Source: Nitrospirales bacterium
GTDB lineage: Bacteria > Nitrospirota > Nitrospiria > Nitrospirales > UBA8639
NCBI GenBank assembly: GCA_965203295.1
Contig: CBDBCZ010000014.1
Coordinates: forward strand, 896,001-960,000
DNA: 64,000 nucleotides
Direction of reading: 5' to 3'
Of the stretch, positions 1 to 12,945 are shown one piece after another; within the stretch, counting starts at the first letter, position 1, and every line of letters begins with the position of its first letter. The notes beneath the pieces were generated by a model. The model was not told where the DNA came from, did not search any database, and was given only the letters and a program-made list of their open reading frames with translations. Made by a program: the position numbers and the translations under genes.

Positions 1-125
1 TGACAATTTCACGAGCATAATTCGAGCATAATAGGGGCATCTGTTGAGCATAATAGGTAGATTTTTGGAGCAATGCAGCATAGCATAATAGGTAGATTTT
101 TGAGCATAATAGACTCACCACTAGC
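1..125. mobile_element. End of a non-autonomous DNA transposon (MITE) with repeated subterminal GCATAAT(AGG) motifs
   Basis: Five GCATAAT copies at 16-110, followed by CACCACTAG. A similar ATAAT(AGG)-rich element lies at ~10132-10500. Confidence 0.35.
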
Positions 126-539
126 TAAGCCCAAGGGATAATTGAATAATGCTGAGTGGATAACAGATAAAGTATAGTCTAACTGACTTGTACCACACAC
201 AACAGCCACACATAGGCTTTGATAGCAACACTTGCAGTACTTCTAAGGAGGGAGGTATGTATATTGCCCTAGCCCCAGGGAAACTATGTATGTTTCCCTC
301 TCCACATCCTGTCTTCCACATCCTGTCTTCCACTAAAAATCAAAGGCACCCCCCCCCAGTGTGTTTCCAGCTAATACACTCCAAAAGTGGTGTATTACTA
401 ATACACCTAGCCACAATTCAATTTCACAGCTGGTAATGATCCTGGCAAAAGTGCACCACTTGCCACACACACTAATTCAATAAGTGAAGCCTAGCACTCG
501 CAGCTGAGACCTCTGCAATGCCCTGCTGCTACAAGTCGG

Positions 540-643
540 TAACATCACTCCGTTCGGTGGTTTAGTAATATACACACCTCGGGCTTCGCCCTCGGTGTGT
601 ATATCACTAGACCACCTCCACCTCGTGATATTATCTTAACTTA
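540..643. mobile_element. Palindromic hairpin element with CCTCGGGCTTCGCCCTCGG apex
   Basis: TAACATCAC..GGTGGTTTAGTAATATACACACC / GGTGTGTATATCACTAGACCACC..GTGATATTA inverted arms; same apex as at 9790 and 28261. Confidence 0.75.
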
Positions 644-834
644 GACCTAGTCATAAATAATATCCTTTGAAGTATGCCTGCTATAAGTAAGGCCCCTTGG
701 TCAAGGATGATTGGGGATGAGAGGCATGCAGGTTTCCTGCCCCCCAAACCCAGTTACCCGTTCTAGAAGTCATGTGTTTAGTGTAAAGACTCCTTTGCTA
801 AGTACAGGTTAAATGTTTTTGTTTTTTATCTTAG

Positions 835-2161
835 TGCTACGGCAAGAAGTTCAGCTGAGCTAGAAGAGATGATTGAGTTACTTGCAGACTATGAGGTACA
901 TACATATATAAAGATGTATTATGGTGTATGTGCTGTTAATAGATGATAATTAATAGTGCATACACCTTTTGTCTACACAACTGAAATTTAAAGCCCACCT
1001 CCCTGTTTGCTGAGATCCTATGTAGTATATTCTGTGATTTGCATTACTTACTTTTTACCCCGCGCTGCGTATGCGCGAGCGGGGTGAAGTAATTGGGTTT
1101 TTCCGCCTGTCGTTGTCGTCGCCTGTCATACAAAAATTTTAACGGGCGATTCAGAGACTACAACAACTGGAGGATAACGCTCAAGTCCATGGTACATTAG
1201 CTAATATGTACCTGATAAAGTAGAACGTGGTTTTATTCTCGGCATTTCCACGCTTATTCTGATTATCGGTGTCTTCCACCATTTTTTAATATGCCAATTG
1301 GTCACGCCTTTTTTAATACAGCAGTTGGTCACGCCTACAGCTTGAATACGGACATCCGCAAGCTCTCGAGTATGGTATACGAGTCTATTATTCAACATGA
1401 AGCTTAAAAGGGATAGAAAGCATACTGGAATATACGTAGAGAAACGCCTGTGTCATTACTACGGCGATTAGCCACGCCTACAGCTCATATACGGCGTTAC
1501 ATGAACACGGTATGCGGATCTACATGCTGTTTCCAGTCTGCAGGGTGTTGTATGTCTCTGCTAGAGACTTCTAGTTTGTAAGAGCCGTTGAATGTAGTGC
1601 AGAATGCCCTCAGTATGTATGGACGCATACTTGGTTGTTTAATGGCAGCCCTTTAGCTACTATCTCATGTATTAATCCCTCTGCATCCAGTTATTTCCCA
1701 TACATACAGTATATGTACATTCTCTAGGTTCTGTCTGTACTAGTCTGTCTGTGCCCAGACAGTTTATTGGATGTACGTACCTACACATGTAATTGCTGTT
1801 AGCTGTTTAATTGCCTGTATGCTAAATGAACCTATAAGTGTACTGGTTTAGAGGTACACTAAATAGTTATGTCATTGTGAATGGACATGACATGAAGATG
1901 TACTAATTGCTGTGGTATATTAGTACGTTTCCTTACAGGAAGTTCCAGAGCTAGTAAAGTATGTTCTTGATGAGGTGGAAGCCAGCAACCCTCCTCTAGC
2001 TGGCTGTGTGGAGCAGGTATGTACTTCTGTGCTTTATTTGAATGTTATACTTTATGTAGTGTGGATTTAAAGGGTTGTTACAGTAGGTGAAAAACCTGTT
2101 CACCAAGCTCCTGTGCCCAGTAGGTCTGCTTTATGATGCAGATGCTTGGCTGTCTAGCTAA
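835..2161 (+). CDS. Last three exons (835-895, 1939-2016, 2087-2161) of an unidentified protein-coding gene that begins upstream
   Basis: AG/GT-bounded, phase-compatible exons translate as ATARSSAELEEMIELLADYE | EVPELVKYVLDEVEASNPPLAGCVEQ | VKNLFTKLLCPVGLLYDADAWLSS*. No family recognised. Confidence 0.55.
1052..1576 (+). mobile_element. Non-autonomous Helentron/DINE-1(HINE)-like element, intronic
   Basis: 5' TTTTTACCCCGCGC..GCGCGAGCGGGGT stem, then a (GTC)n-like microsatellite; 3' hairpin GTCTCTgctAGAGAC followed by CTAG|TT. This is the known architecture of Helentron-derived elements. Confidence 0.65.
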
Positions 2162-3320
2162 AGAATTGATGTTCAGCTTCTATAGCTAAGCAGTCACTGA
2201 TAGTACAGTGTGAATCTTTCCAGAGCAATTCGGTAGGTTTGATTGCTTTGCAAGTTGTTCTGTGCTCCTTTGTTTGTGTGGATATAAAGAGTCACAGTGG
2301 CTAAAATCATAAATTATGCACATTGTGAAGCCATGTGTTACCAAAGACATGAAAAAAGAGATTGGCGCCCAAGCGGGAGCATTCTCTCATGTTTCTAAAA
2401 TTGAGTTATGTACATATGGTATGAGCGAATGAAGAGACGAGATGGGCTGATCAAAACACTTGACCATGCCACCATCCATGTCAGTTTTAACACAAACATT
2501 ACAGTCATTAGGTCTGTAGCAGGTGCTCCTTTGCTAGAAGACTTGTTGAGTTAGCCCATATGTACTGCTATTCTTACACAAAAGCTTCACACATACGTAC
2601 ATGTGTGTATGTGCTCATAAACTATCTTGGTGGGGCAGTGGCATGTCACGATTGCTGGGCCTGGTAAAGTCTGCCCCTTCCGTTCAAGAGTTCAACACAT
2701 GTTAAATTAAGACAACTTGCCACTTCCAGAACTACAGTACTAGCATGTTAGAGCACCTACACGTAAGCTGTACTTCTATCCTTGTCAGCTCTCCTATCGT
2801 CGTCGCTTGCACTGCAAATGAAAAAAAATATTTTTTGGACAGCTGGGTACAAGGTTGCTTTACGTACTTCAAGGACAGTACTTACGGAGATGTGCACTAT
2901 GCCTAATTAATATATACAGATAGTGAAAAGTAAATTGAAAGAGGATATGCTTGGTGTGAAGGATTGAGGTCAGGTTGTGCTTTCTATTTGATTTTTACGC
3001 CAGAGTAACCTTCTGAATCATATGATGTAATGGGCAGGGCAGATTAAAGAGGTTAGGAGACAGGTTTATAAGGTGATTAGTAATAGTGGAGAAGATAAGG
3101 GGGGAGAGTTACGTTCAGAAGTCAAGGAATTGGTACGTTAGAAAAATAGATGGTTGGATTGAGGTGATTGAAAAGGCTAATAAAGATTTTTATTAAAGCA
3201 GAGTTTGGACACATTTGTTGGCAGGACTTCAAAGGGTAATTGTAAGGGTATTATTTTTTTTGAGGTTCCTGCGTAACTAGTACTAAGGGAAGGTTGGAAG
3301 AAGTACGAGAACGCTATATA

Positions 3321-3882
3321 TAGGTTAGACATCGAGTCCATGGGATCTACGCGATTTAGAAACCCGAGGGCCCGAGGGTTTCTAAATCGCGTAGATCCCA
3401 TTGGACGAGATATCTAACCAATTTAGAGTATAGCAACAGTAATCACGCTGGCACTTCAGGTAGCACAAAGGACCTCTTGAGTGACGAGCTGCTACAGTGG
3501 ATACAGGATGCGTCGGACGATGAGCCAGGCTGGTAAGTGGCGGTGATAATTATTATCGTTCGGTATCGAGAGTCTACTGCCGCTTGCGACTTTCATCTCG
3601 CTTGAATCTGACATCAAATCAAAGCTTGAAAGCGCTTCTCTTCATTTCTGCAGAGAATTCTGTCGGAATCTCCCCCCCATTCTTAACTACAACGCTGCTA
3701 AAGCGGTACGCACTGCCACACTTGCAACGTAATTATATTTTTGTTGCTATTATGACGTAATTTTAATTGTGTTCCGGATATCCTGGGGGTATCTATAGAG
3801 TCCACGGTAGGTGGACTCTATGAGATTTAGAGACCATGCATAGACCAATCAAATTGCGAGATTTTGTGACACTATACTCTAA
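3321..3882. mobile_element. Hairpin element: ~97-bp palindrome (3323-3419) plus a body bounded by an 11-bp IR (TTAGAGTATAG 3423 / CTATACTCTAA 3872)
   Basis: Palindrome and IR read directly from the sequence; apex CCCGAGGGCCCGAGGG. Confidence 0.75.
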
Positions 3883-6800
3883 GAAAGGTTTGGGTACGGT
3901 ATCTGTAGATGATCAGTTTGATGATAGCTGGAAAGAGCGCATAGAGAAAAAAGTGATGGGATTATAGTGCAAGATAAGGTTTGGATTAGTTACCAATTTA
4001 TTAGTGTTCTATAAATAGTGTTCCTATTGAATAATAAAACAGGAGATTCATTTTGTATTACGTAGTGTGTATCTGTTTTCCTCGCTATTAGCTACACTGT
4101 TAGTGTATGGGTACAAAGTAAAGCCAAATTGAAAACAAACGTCGTACTTAATTTACTCTTCATGGAATACTTTGTTCAAAAGATATGCAGATGTATAGAA
4201 TTATTTGCTCACCGTAATGAACTTGGACGTTTTCAACGGCCAGTAGATGCACCAGAAGATTTTTAATGGCTACTGGAGTGTAGGTTAGCTGCTGCTTTTA
4301 ATGCTGTTATTTACGATGACTAGAAACTACTGCACTTGCTAGCTAGCTCAGCGGGCATGTCGGACACACCTCTTGTGCATGACGTTGTTTTATGACTAGA
4401 ACTGAAATATCGGAATGGTTAATTTGGGCTCCGTTCTGGTCCTGTATGGAGATGCTGGTTTTGATGACATGTATGTGTGAGCTTGCACGTATGTCTTTTG
4501 CCCATGCATGACAATAACAGACAATTTCAAAGTATTATACATATACATACTATGGGATAGAAAAACAATTAGCCTAAAAACCCATGCAGTACAAAACCTT
4601 AGATAACTGTATAGTTGTAAAGTTTCTCTGCTTACTGACTGGGCAACAGGCTACCATAGCAATCCCTGCTACAGTATAGCTGTCTTCCAGAGTAGTCAAT
4701 AATACTCAGTACATTTTCGATCGCTCGCAGTGTACTGCTACTCTACTTCTAGTCAATTACGCATGCTCATTATGACTGTGCTGTCAGAGCCCCGGTAGGG
4801 ACCGACCGGGAAACTCTCCCTCCAATGAGATCCCAACCACAACGAGACACGGTCTCTCCAGGGGCTGCTTGGCTGCAGCCTTACTGGAACTCTTGCTGGC
4901 CGGGCAAACCCGGGAAGGAGAACATATGCAGACCAACAGTATTGTTCTTGTGTGGCTCAAGTATCAATTCGGAACAGGTCCTCTTGTACAAGTTCTCATA
5001 TTACCACTAGGAGCATAATGACATAAGAAAAGAGCTCCTGTTACAACCCACAGACAAGACAGCATTCTCACATTACCACAGACCAGACTGCTGTCTGATC
5101 TGTGGGTAATAATGTGAGAACCTGCTCTGAATTGATGCGTGAGCCACCCAAGAAGTAGAAAAGGAGTTAACATCTTTACTCCAAATAAAAATCATACCGG
5201 GTAGGGTGAGGGAAGGAAAGCACGCTTCATGCTTTAAATTAGTATGTTCAAAAAACATTTGACACACTTTGGCATGACGGCTTATGGTTGGAGTTATGGG
5301 AAATTGGGTAAGGGTAGGATGTGGAGAGTTAATAAGAGCATGTACGACATTACACAGGGTGTCGTTTCACTAAAGAGAGAAAAACCCAAACTATTCCATA
5401 TACGTAGGCCAGAGGTGGCACAGGGTTGTAGTACGCACGTATGTCACCTATTCTATTTTCTCAATCGGTTATTAGTTGAGGTTCAGACAGCTAGGATTGG
5501 CATAGCTACTAAGAATGATGTTAACATTGGAGATGTAGTCTAGTGTTTACAGTTTGGTTGTCTGAATTTACAAACTCGCTCTTTTTCTTTATGTGTATAA
5601 TTATATACATATTTGGTTCATGGATGACTGAACGTGTAGGTATGTAAAATCCCCAGCGGAATTTACATTTGTATAATTATATTTATGCTATCCATTTTTC
5701 AGTTCTTTCATGTGAGAGTCCACAGTTTGGTTCCTATTACGTACATGTATGGTATCCAATTAATGCTGCATGCATTCTCAAGTCTAGCAACCACTAAGCA
5801 ACTACATCTTTTTATCCCACAGCATGTATGCATAGTACAAATGGTTGTCTGGTATTATATCTGTATTTCTAACAGAAGTTAAGAAAAAACAGACTGTATT
5901 TGATAACAGTATAGCTGAGAGAAGTAGCATGAGGCCCGGGGAAGCTAAGTGCACCCTGCTAGTAGCATTTGTATCATGTACACCAGAGGGATTTTCCTTT
6001 TATACTTACAACCTCACCAATAATTATCTAACCCTAACCACACTACCATGTGAAGTACAGTGTTTGAATGGAGATGTGGGTGCATGTATGATGGGCATAC
6101 AAAGATATAATGAACAATGACTTAAATGTGGCAAAGCTGGGATACTTTCACCAGCCACCCTGCCTTGAAAGTACGAGATAACCTGGAAAATTCAGTTGGA
6201 GAAGGTACAAAGAAGGGACTGGTTTTAGGAGATTTGTGCCTGCTAGAAAGAGTGGAGAGATTGGCAGTGCTGCTTAAAAGTCACATTCACATCATTTGAT
6301 CATACCATGCTCTCCATTTCTTGTGCTGATATCTCCACTTTAACAGAAGCACTACACAATCTCTGCTAACCTGGGAGCTGTAGTAAGCCTCTCTTGGTAA
6401 TACTTCACTATGTACCCAGGCCTCCCAGACTTCATCTCGCAATCGCCCATGGCTGATATGTAACGTCTGGTTAGGAGGCCTGGGATGAGATGAAGTGAAA
6501 TTGTGTGGTGTACTAATTGTTATGGTATACATGTATGTACATATTCCGATTATTTAGGTACATTGTAGGTACATATGCTATACTAGTATTGAGGTACCAA
6601 ATTGAATTTAGATTTCCTTTGTTTGGTATATGTATGCAGGTACTTCAACTTGTGCACTGGTCTAGAAGTGGACTCATGATGACGGAATTGGAAGAGGTAA
6701 ACTTTCAATGCACTGTACAGTGTATTAAAATTGGCGTGAAAAAGCACTTTACCAAAAAGTGCAATAACCATTCATGTAGGGATGCACTTCCACAAAAATA

Positions 6801-6924
6801 AAGGAAACAAGCTATAACTCACACTGCAACGGGTTCACAGACTACCTACATAATGCATTACAGAGTAGCTACAAATCACAGCACAGTGCGTTTACGGAGA
6901 CCAACCTTGGTAAGGAGATGTAGG

Positions 6925-7275
6925 GAGGATGGATGAAGTTTACAGCTCTAAGGACCATCCACAATTGGATGACATTGATCATTCACAATTGGATGAATGG
7001 TTAACAGTTACTAAAACCATCCACGATTGGATGACATTGACCTTCCACAATTGGATGAATGTTCCAAATCTTAAGACCATCCACAATTGGATGGCATTGA
7101 TCATCCACAATTGGATGAATGTTAACAGTTATTAAAGCCATCCATAATTGGATGGAGAATGCTAACTTTAACAATGAAGTCCAACCATAATTGAACGATT
7201 GTTACAGTTATTAAAATCATCCACAATTGGATGAATGTTAGGGGTAATTATTTATAGCTACCATCCACAGAATGA
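6925..7275. repeat. Minisatellite of palindromic CATCCACAATTGGATG motifs spaced alternately ~24 and ~36-38 bp (~60-bp dimer)
   Basis: Motif at ~6956, 6980, 7018, 7042, 7078, 7102, 7139, 7218. Confidence 0.85.
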
Positions 7276-7689
7276 ATGGTAGCCTTGTGCCCAGGGTCAT
7301 TGCGTGGGAGGAAAGTTGAGGAATTAGGAATTTATTTGAGCTTTAGGCCAGGGTAGTCCAAAAGCTATACAAAAAAAAACAAATTGAAACACCATTATTG
7401 CGAAACATATATAACACTATTATAGGTATCTACTCCTCAGTTTGCATAAATTAACAACAAAGTATCCAATCAACTTGTAAAACCTATCCAGTATAATAAA
7501 ACATGAAAACATAAAAGTAGTATATGACCCTTTATACTCCTCTTCTGCTCCAATCAAACACCTTGGATGTGATGTAATGTACTATAACTATAACACAATG
7601 TTGGCTGCAAATTGTTTATTGCTGTTCAGAAACAATAAAACACTCTAAAAAGTGCCCTGTGCACGATATAAAGATTTTGCTAGTCTTCT

Positions 7690-8270
7690 CCTGTTTCTAC
7701 GGTATCATGTTTCTTTACTGCATTGGTTTCTGTCTATTGGTATGTAAGCCATGTTTCTGTCCTGCAATAGTCTCTGTCCTTTAGATAGTTTGAAGTTTTA
7801 GTTTCTGCACTACATTAGTCTCGTCTGTTAGTCTGGTGTTTTGGTATTTAAGCAGCACTGCAGTAGTCTCTATCTCAGTGTTTTAGTATTTCAGCAGTGT
7901 TTTTTAGCATAATTAGTCTGTCAGAAGTTTTAGTATTTAAGCCATGTTCTGTTCTGCGTTACTTTTCGTCAGTTAGTTTAAAGTTTTACTATTTATGTCG
8001 TGTTTCTGTACTGCAGTAGTCCCTGTCTGATAGTTAGTCTGGATATTTAGTTTTTAAGCCACGTTGCTGTACTGCTTTACTCTCTGCCTGTTAATCAGTT
8101 TGGAGTTTTAGTATTTAAACCACTTTTTCGTACTGCACTAGTCTCTGTCTGGAGTTTTAGTGTTTAAGCCGTGGTTCTATACTGCATTAGTCGCTGTGAG
8201 TTAGTATTTAATCCGTGTTTCTGTACTGTTAGTCTTCGTCAGTTAGTCCGATGTTTTAGTATTGAAGCCA
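7690..8270 (+). repeat. Degenerate ~55-60-bp minisatellite (TTTTAGTATTTAAGCC..GTTTCTGTACTGCAGTAGTCTCTGTCTGTTAG)
   Basis: About 10 degenerate copies; related to the reverse complement of the array at 12380-12945. Confidence 0.75.
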
Positions 8271-8398
8271 CAGTTGCCCAGCAACCCTCATGTACCCTAG
8301 GGTACAGGGATGTACCTTGGCTTGAAAAGCACCGCCTAGGTACATGGGGTTTGTACACTGTGGTGGTGCCTTTCAAGGGACCTACAACTATGGTACAA
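8264..8398 (-). mobile_element. Truncated inverted copy of the body of the 9538-9880 element
   Basis: ~135 bp near-identical to the reverse complement of 9538-9672. Confidence 0.8.
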
Positions 8399-9537
8399 AT
8401 TTCAATTAAATCCTAACTTCCTAAGCATGTGTTATATCTGACTAACATCAGCCAAAATGTATTTACTAGGCTATTGAAGAGGTCAGATCAATGGTAGCTA
8501 GTTGCTTATGCAAAAAGTCTTTGGCTGAGACCAACAACACTGAAACTGTACCAATCTTGAATGCAAATCCTTACTTCCAAAGCCTGTATTGTATTGGACT
8601 AAATAACATCAAGCAAACTAAATAAGCTTTTGAATTCTAAGCCAGTTCTTTGGCTAGGCTAGTGAATAAATAACATCAACCAAACTGAATAAGGTTTGGA
8701 AATTTAAGCCAGTTCTTTTCCTAGGCGGGTGAAGAGGGGTCAGATCAATGGTATCTAGTTTCTTTTGATGAGAGTGTCTGCCAAGAACACTAAAATTGTA
8801 CTAATTTTAGGGAAATCAATACTTCCTAAGCCAGTTTGGTAACTAATTACCATCAGCTATAATAACAAGCCTTTGACTCTTAATCCAATTCCTTTTCTAG
8901 ACATTTGGGAAAGGTCTCATCGAGGTTAGCTAGTTGCTTAGGCTGAAAGTCTTTGCCTGGGACCAAGAAAACTGAAATTGTAACAAATTTCAATTCACCC
9001 GTTTCAACCACTTGCTGCTTCGCTACTTCAGTGATATTCTTAGCAGTGCTACATAACAGTCTGGTTAGTGATGACAATGCTCAAAAACAACTGGTAGGGC
9101 TCATATCAGCCCTAGACTACACCTACAGTAGAGTTCTGAACATGTCATTTTGTACACATTTAATGGGGACACCATTTTTTCCAGGGCCATCCTTACACAT
9201 GGGAGTTCTATCGTACTCCATGATAACTAGAAGGTGGTTGACTGAATGGCATCAGAGAATGTATTGTACCTGTGTGGTAGATAGTTGTTTAAGAGTAGGG
9301 TGGTATGTGGGTATGAGGAGCCTGATAGACACAATTAACAAGCATTATTTGTCTCGATCTCAGCACAAATGTAACTAACTAGCTAAAATAAGGCTAGAGA
9401 CCGAGATGAAGCCAAGATTACTATTGCAGCATTTTTACCCAGACTCCGAGGTTTCAAAACTGAATAGCGGCTCACATCAGTCTGTAGCCAACTTAAAGCA
9501 GCAGTGTAGAGAATGGAGTCAGTTTGTCTATCCTTGC

Positions 9538-9880
9538 TTGTACCATAGTTGTAAGTCACTTGAAAGGCACCGCCCTAGTGTACAAACCCCATGTACTTAG
9601 GCGGTGCCTTTCAAGCCAGGGTACATCCATGTACCCTAGGGTGCATGAGGGTTGCTGGGCAACTGTGGCTTCTTCTCAAAACTGTGAAACAATTAGCGGG
9701 TACTATAAAAGCTACTATGGCACAAGTCATCTGTACCATGGGTTTCTAAGGTGTATGGGATTTGTACCCTCGTGCAGTTGTATGTCTTCCCTCGGGCTTC
9801 GCCCTCGGGAAGACATACAACTGCCCTCGGGTACAAATCCCATACACCTTGAAACCCATGGTACAAATATAACTTGTACA
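9538..9880 (+). mobile_element. Complete tripartite hairpin element: IR (TTGTACCATAGT 9538 / ACTATGGCACAA 9714-9725), 5-bp spacer, ~134-bp palindrome (9732-9865)
   Basis: Near-perfect palindrome with GGGCTTCGCCC apex. A further body-only copy lies at ~20428-20605. Confidence 0.8.
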
Positions 9881-10704
9881 TACAATAAAGTTGTGTAACT
9901 ATAAAATTCAGCACAAACTGCAGCCTAATTAATAATTCAAGACACATGTCTCTGATCTGTTAAAAGCCACAGGTCACCAAGTAAAACTGCAGGTCACTAA
10001 ATATATAGCAACTTAGTGACCTGCTGTCCTCATCTCTTCGAGATTTGGTAACCTCATTTCATGTTCTGCTCTCTGATCTAATTACTGTTGCTGCAAGATA
10101 TTGTGGGGCGACTGAAGAACACGATTGAGCTTAGGGTCGGGATCAGGCTATGTTTTGTTCTCATCAAATTATCCCTGTCTCCATGAAGCGGGCTTTTAAG
10201 GCCTGAGTAAATTTTCTGGGAATAATTTGGGAATAATAGGAAGTCAAAAGGCTTACGAATAAGGATTTACAGGAATATCTGCGACTACCTTGTGTGTTAA
10301 AATGGCAGATGGTACTTCAGAGTTAAGACAATCATTTTACAGCTTAGTCCTCCCAAGGGCATTTCTGATTTCGCCAGCATATAACCCCCAAAGACTTAAT
10401 TACCGTACCTCAATATGCGATGATGGTGTATCCTTATTAACTGGAATAGCCCAATGAGGAATAGAATAATAGGCAGTTTTTTGCGGAAATAATTGAAAGA
10501 AGCACCAAGCATGTAGTTCTCAGCAATCCCTAAATTTTGGAGTTTGGAAGATGGCCACACCAAGATTACTTCCTGGCAAAAATAATTCAATTTAAATACG
10601 ACACGGACTACAAGCACTATGTATATGATGGAGTAGTTCCAGTGGGGTTAGTACCCGAAATGAATACCCTCAACAGTGAATCAGGCATCACCGTCCAATA
10701 CTAC

Positions 10705-11140
10705 TAGTCTCATGCCCAGCTCCACATTAGAAAGGTGGGTCTAGCGACCTGTATATTCAAGTCGGGTTAGCATTACATCAGCAGTCCCAGATCTGGACTG
10801 GTAATGCGAAGTGGAATTCACAGTTACATCCATGTCCTAGTCTCATTCCCAGCCACATACACTTGCAAAAATAAACAGGAAAGGTAACTATTCCCGTTTT
10901 TTTTTGTGAGTGCACGTGGGGGGAGCCTGGGAACAAGGCTATCCATGTCGCTATACTCGGCATTGATAAGTGGGTGCAAAGTGGCTGCTGCAACTGTGAT
11001 ATCCGCATGATGATGTAATACTATAATCAGCCAATCACACTGCTGGTCCAGATCTGGGACTGCTGACGTAAGGCTAACCCAATTTTCAATATATAGGGTG
11101 CCAGACCCACTTTTCTAACGTGGGGCTGGGGATGAGACTA
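10705..11140. mobile_element. TAG...CTA MITE with ~100-bp TIRs (Academ-like termini), containing a nested TAG...CTA MITE at 10838-10941
   Basis: TAGTCTCATGCCCAGC..CCCAGATCTGGAC versus GTCCAGATCTGGG..GCTGGGGATGAGACTA. The nested element has a 9-bp TSD (TCCATGTCC/TCCATGTCG). A degenerate duplicate of the right half lies at ~11155-11300. Confidence 0.7.
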
Positions 11141-12379
11141 CCACTACTATGGCCTACTGCAACTGTGATATCTGTTTGGTAATTATATATATTATGTAAT
11201 ATTCAACCAATCACAATGCCGGTCCAGAACTGGGGCCACTGACGTAATGTTGCCCCAACTTTGAATATACAGGGCGTAATGTAGGGCTGGGCATTAGACA
11301 AATACCGCCAGGGCTAGCAATATAGACATGTGGCAATAATATAAAACCCAATTGCAATGTAGAGTCTCAGAAATAAATGTTTTCACTCCACAATGTGACG
11401 GGTAATGAATGGCCATACGCGCAAACTATACACTGTCCAAACTTTACTACGGTAAAAGAGCATGACTACTAGATAAAGACAAGGACTACAATATTTTAGC
11501 AACGTTATTGTGATTTTAGTTTCATGATACACGTATGTACTAGTTAAATGTAACATATTGGGCCAGTACTGGCTGTACACACTGTGCATACTGTCAAATT
11601 TAATGGATATGCCCCCCACACTGTTTAGGTTAGCAAATGCACAATTTAGATATGAGGTATGGTAGTTACAAAGCTGCCTTCATATCTACGTACATTTTGG
11701 ATATGGATACCTTCAAACACGAGAGACTTTAGAGCACTTGAGGCACACAAGCAGCCTTGAATAGATCTATCATAAAGTCATTCTGTCATATATTAGTAAC
11801 TGCATGGATGTATACACTGCAAATCCCAAGTTTAATCAGTGTGATAAAAGTATCTTAGGGTTCGAAACTACATTGATTATTAACTAAAGTTCAATGCACA
11901 TATCTTAATGCAGCTAGAACTACTGAACTAGTTGTCTAATTAGGGTTCTATCCACTAACATGTGATACACATATGTACCTCTATCACTGCAAGAGCTGCG
12001 GTATGTGTACATCAACTGTCCAGGTACGTACTTTGCAATGCTGTATGCTGGGCTTCAATCAGGCACACCATGTCTCAAATGTGGAACAGCAGCAACTCTT
12101 TGGTACTTCACACCAACTGAAGGATAAACAGGGAAGTAATTATTGCTAGTAATAGATGACAGTGGTCTAAGGCTAGTATTTCTTTGTACATAGATTACTT
12201 AATATACCCCTGCACAGCAGTCAATCAACAGGAAGCTTTCCGCTTATACCGTAGACTCGGGTTATCAAGCGCATGCGCTAGTTGGGACAATAGCAAAAAT
12301 ATATGCGCTACATAACGAAGTGCACTACATAATGGGGGTTAAAGGTTGACCACGCCTAGTTTTTCCCCAAATGCCAAAA

Positions 12380-12945
12380 TTCAAGACCTACTAATAGACA
12401 CACTCTAATAAAATTGAGAAACAATACTTAAACACTAAAACTCAAGACTAACTAACAGACAGACACGAATACAGTCGAGAAACACGGCCTAAGCACTAAA
12501 CTCCAAGACTAACTAACAGACGCACACTAATACAGTTGAGAAACATGGCCTAAACACTAAAACTCAAGACTAACCAACAGACAGACACAAATACAGTCGA
12601 GAAACACGGCCTAAGCACTATAATACAAGACTAACAGACACAAGCTAATACAGTGGGGAAACATGGCCTAAACATTATAACTCAAGGCTGACTAAGACAC
12701 AGACACAAATACAGTCGTGAAACACAGCTTAAAAACTAAACCTCTGAACTAATAAACAGACAGACATTAATACAGTTGTGAAACATAGCCTAAATACTAT
12801 ATCTCAAGACTTATTTCTAATACAGTTAAGTTTAAACTCAAAAACCCAAGGCTAACTAACAGATAAACACTAATACAGTCAAGAAACACAGTCCAAGTAA
12901 CCAAAACTAAAGACAGACAGACACAAATACAGTCGAGAACCAAAT
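12380..12945 (-). repeat. ~60-bp minisatellite (AAACACGGCCTAAGCACTAAAACTCAAGACTAACTAACAGACAGACACAAATACAGTCGAG)
   Basis: About 9 copies with a clear 60-bp period at 12421-12620. Confidence 0.85.

Noticed and set aside
6925..7275. CRISPR-like repeat/spacer appearance
   Set aside because: Spacers are short and homologous to each other, there are no cas genes, and the context is eukaryotic.
8264..9672. Single 1.4-kb transposon with 135-bp TIRs
   Set aside because: The right 'TIR' continues into the complete 9538-9880 element and a third copy lies at ~20428, so two opposed copies of one family is the better explanation; no TSD.
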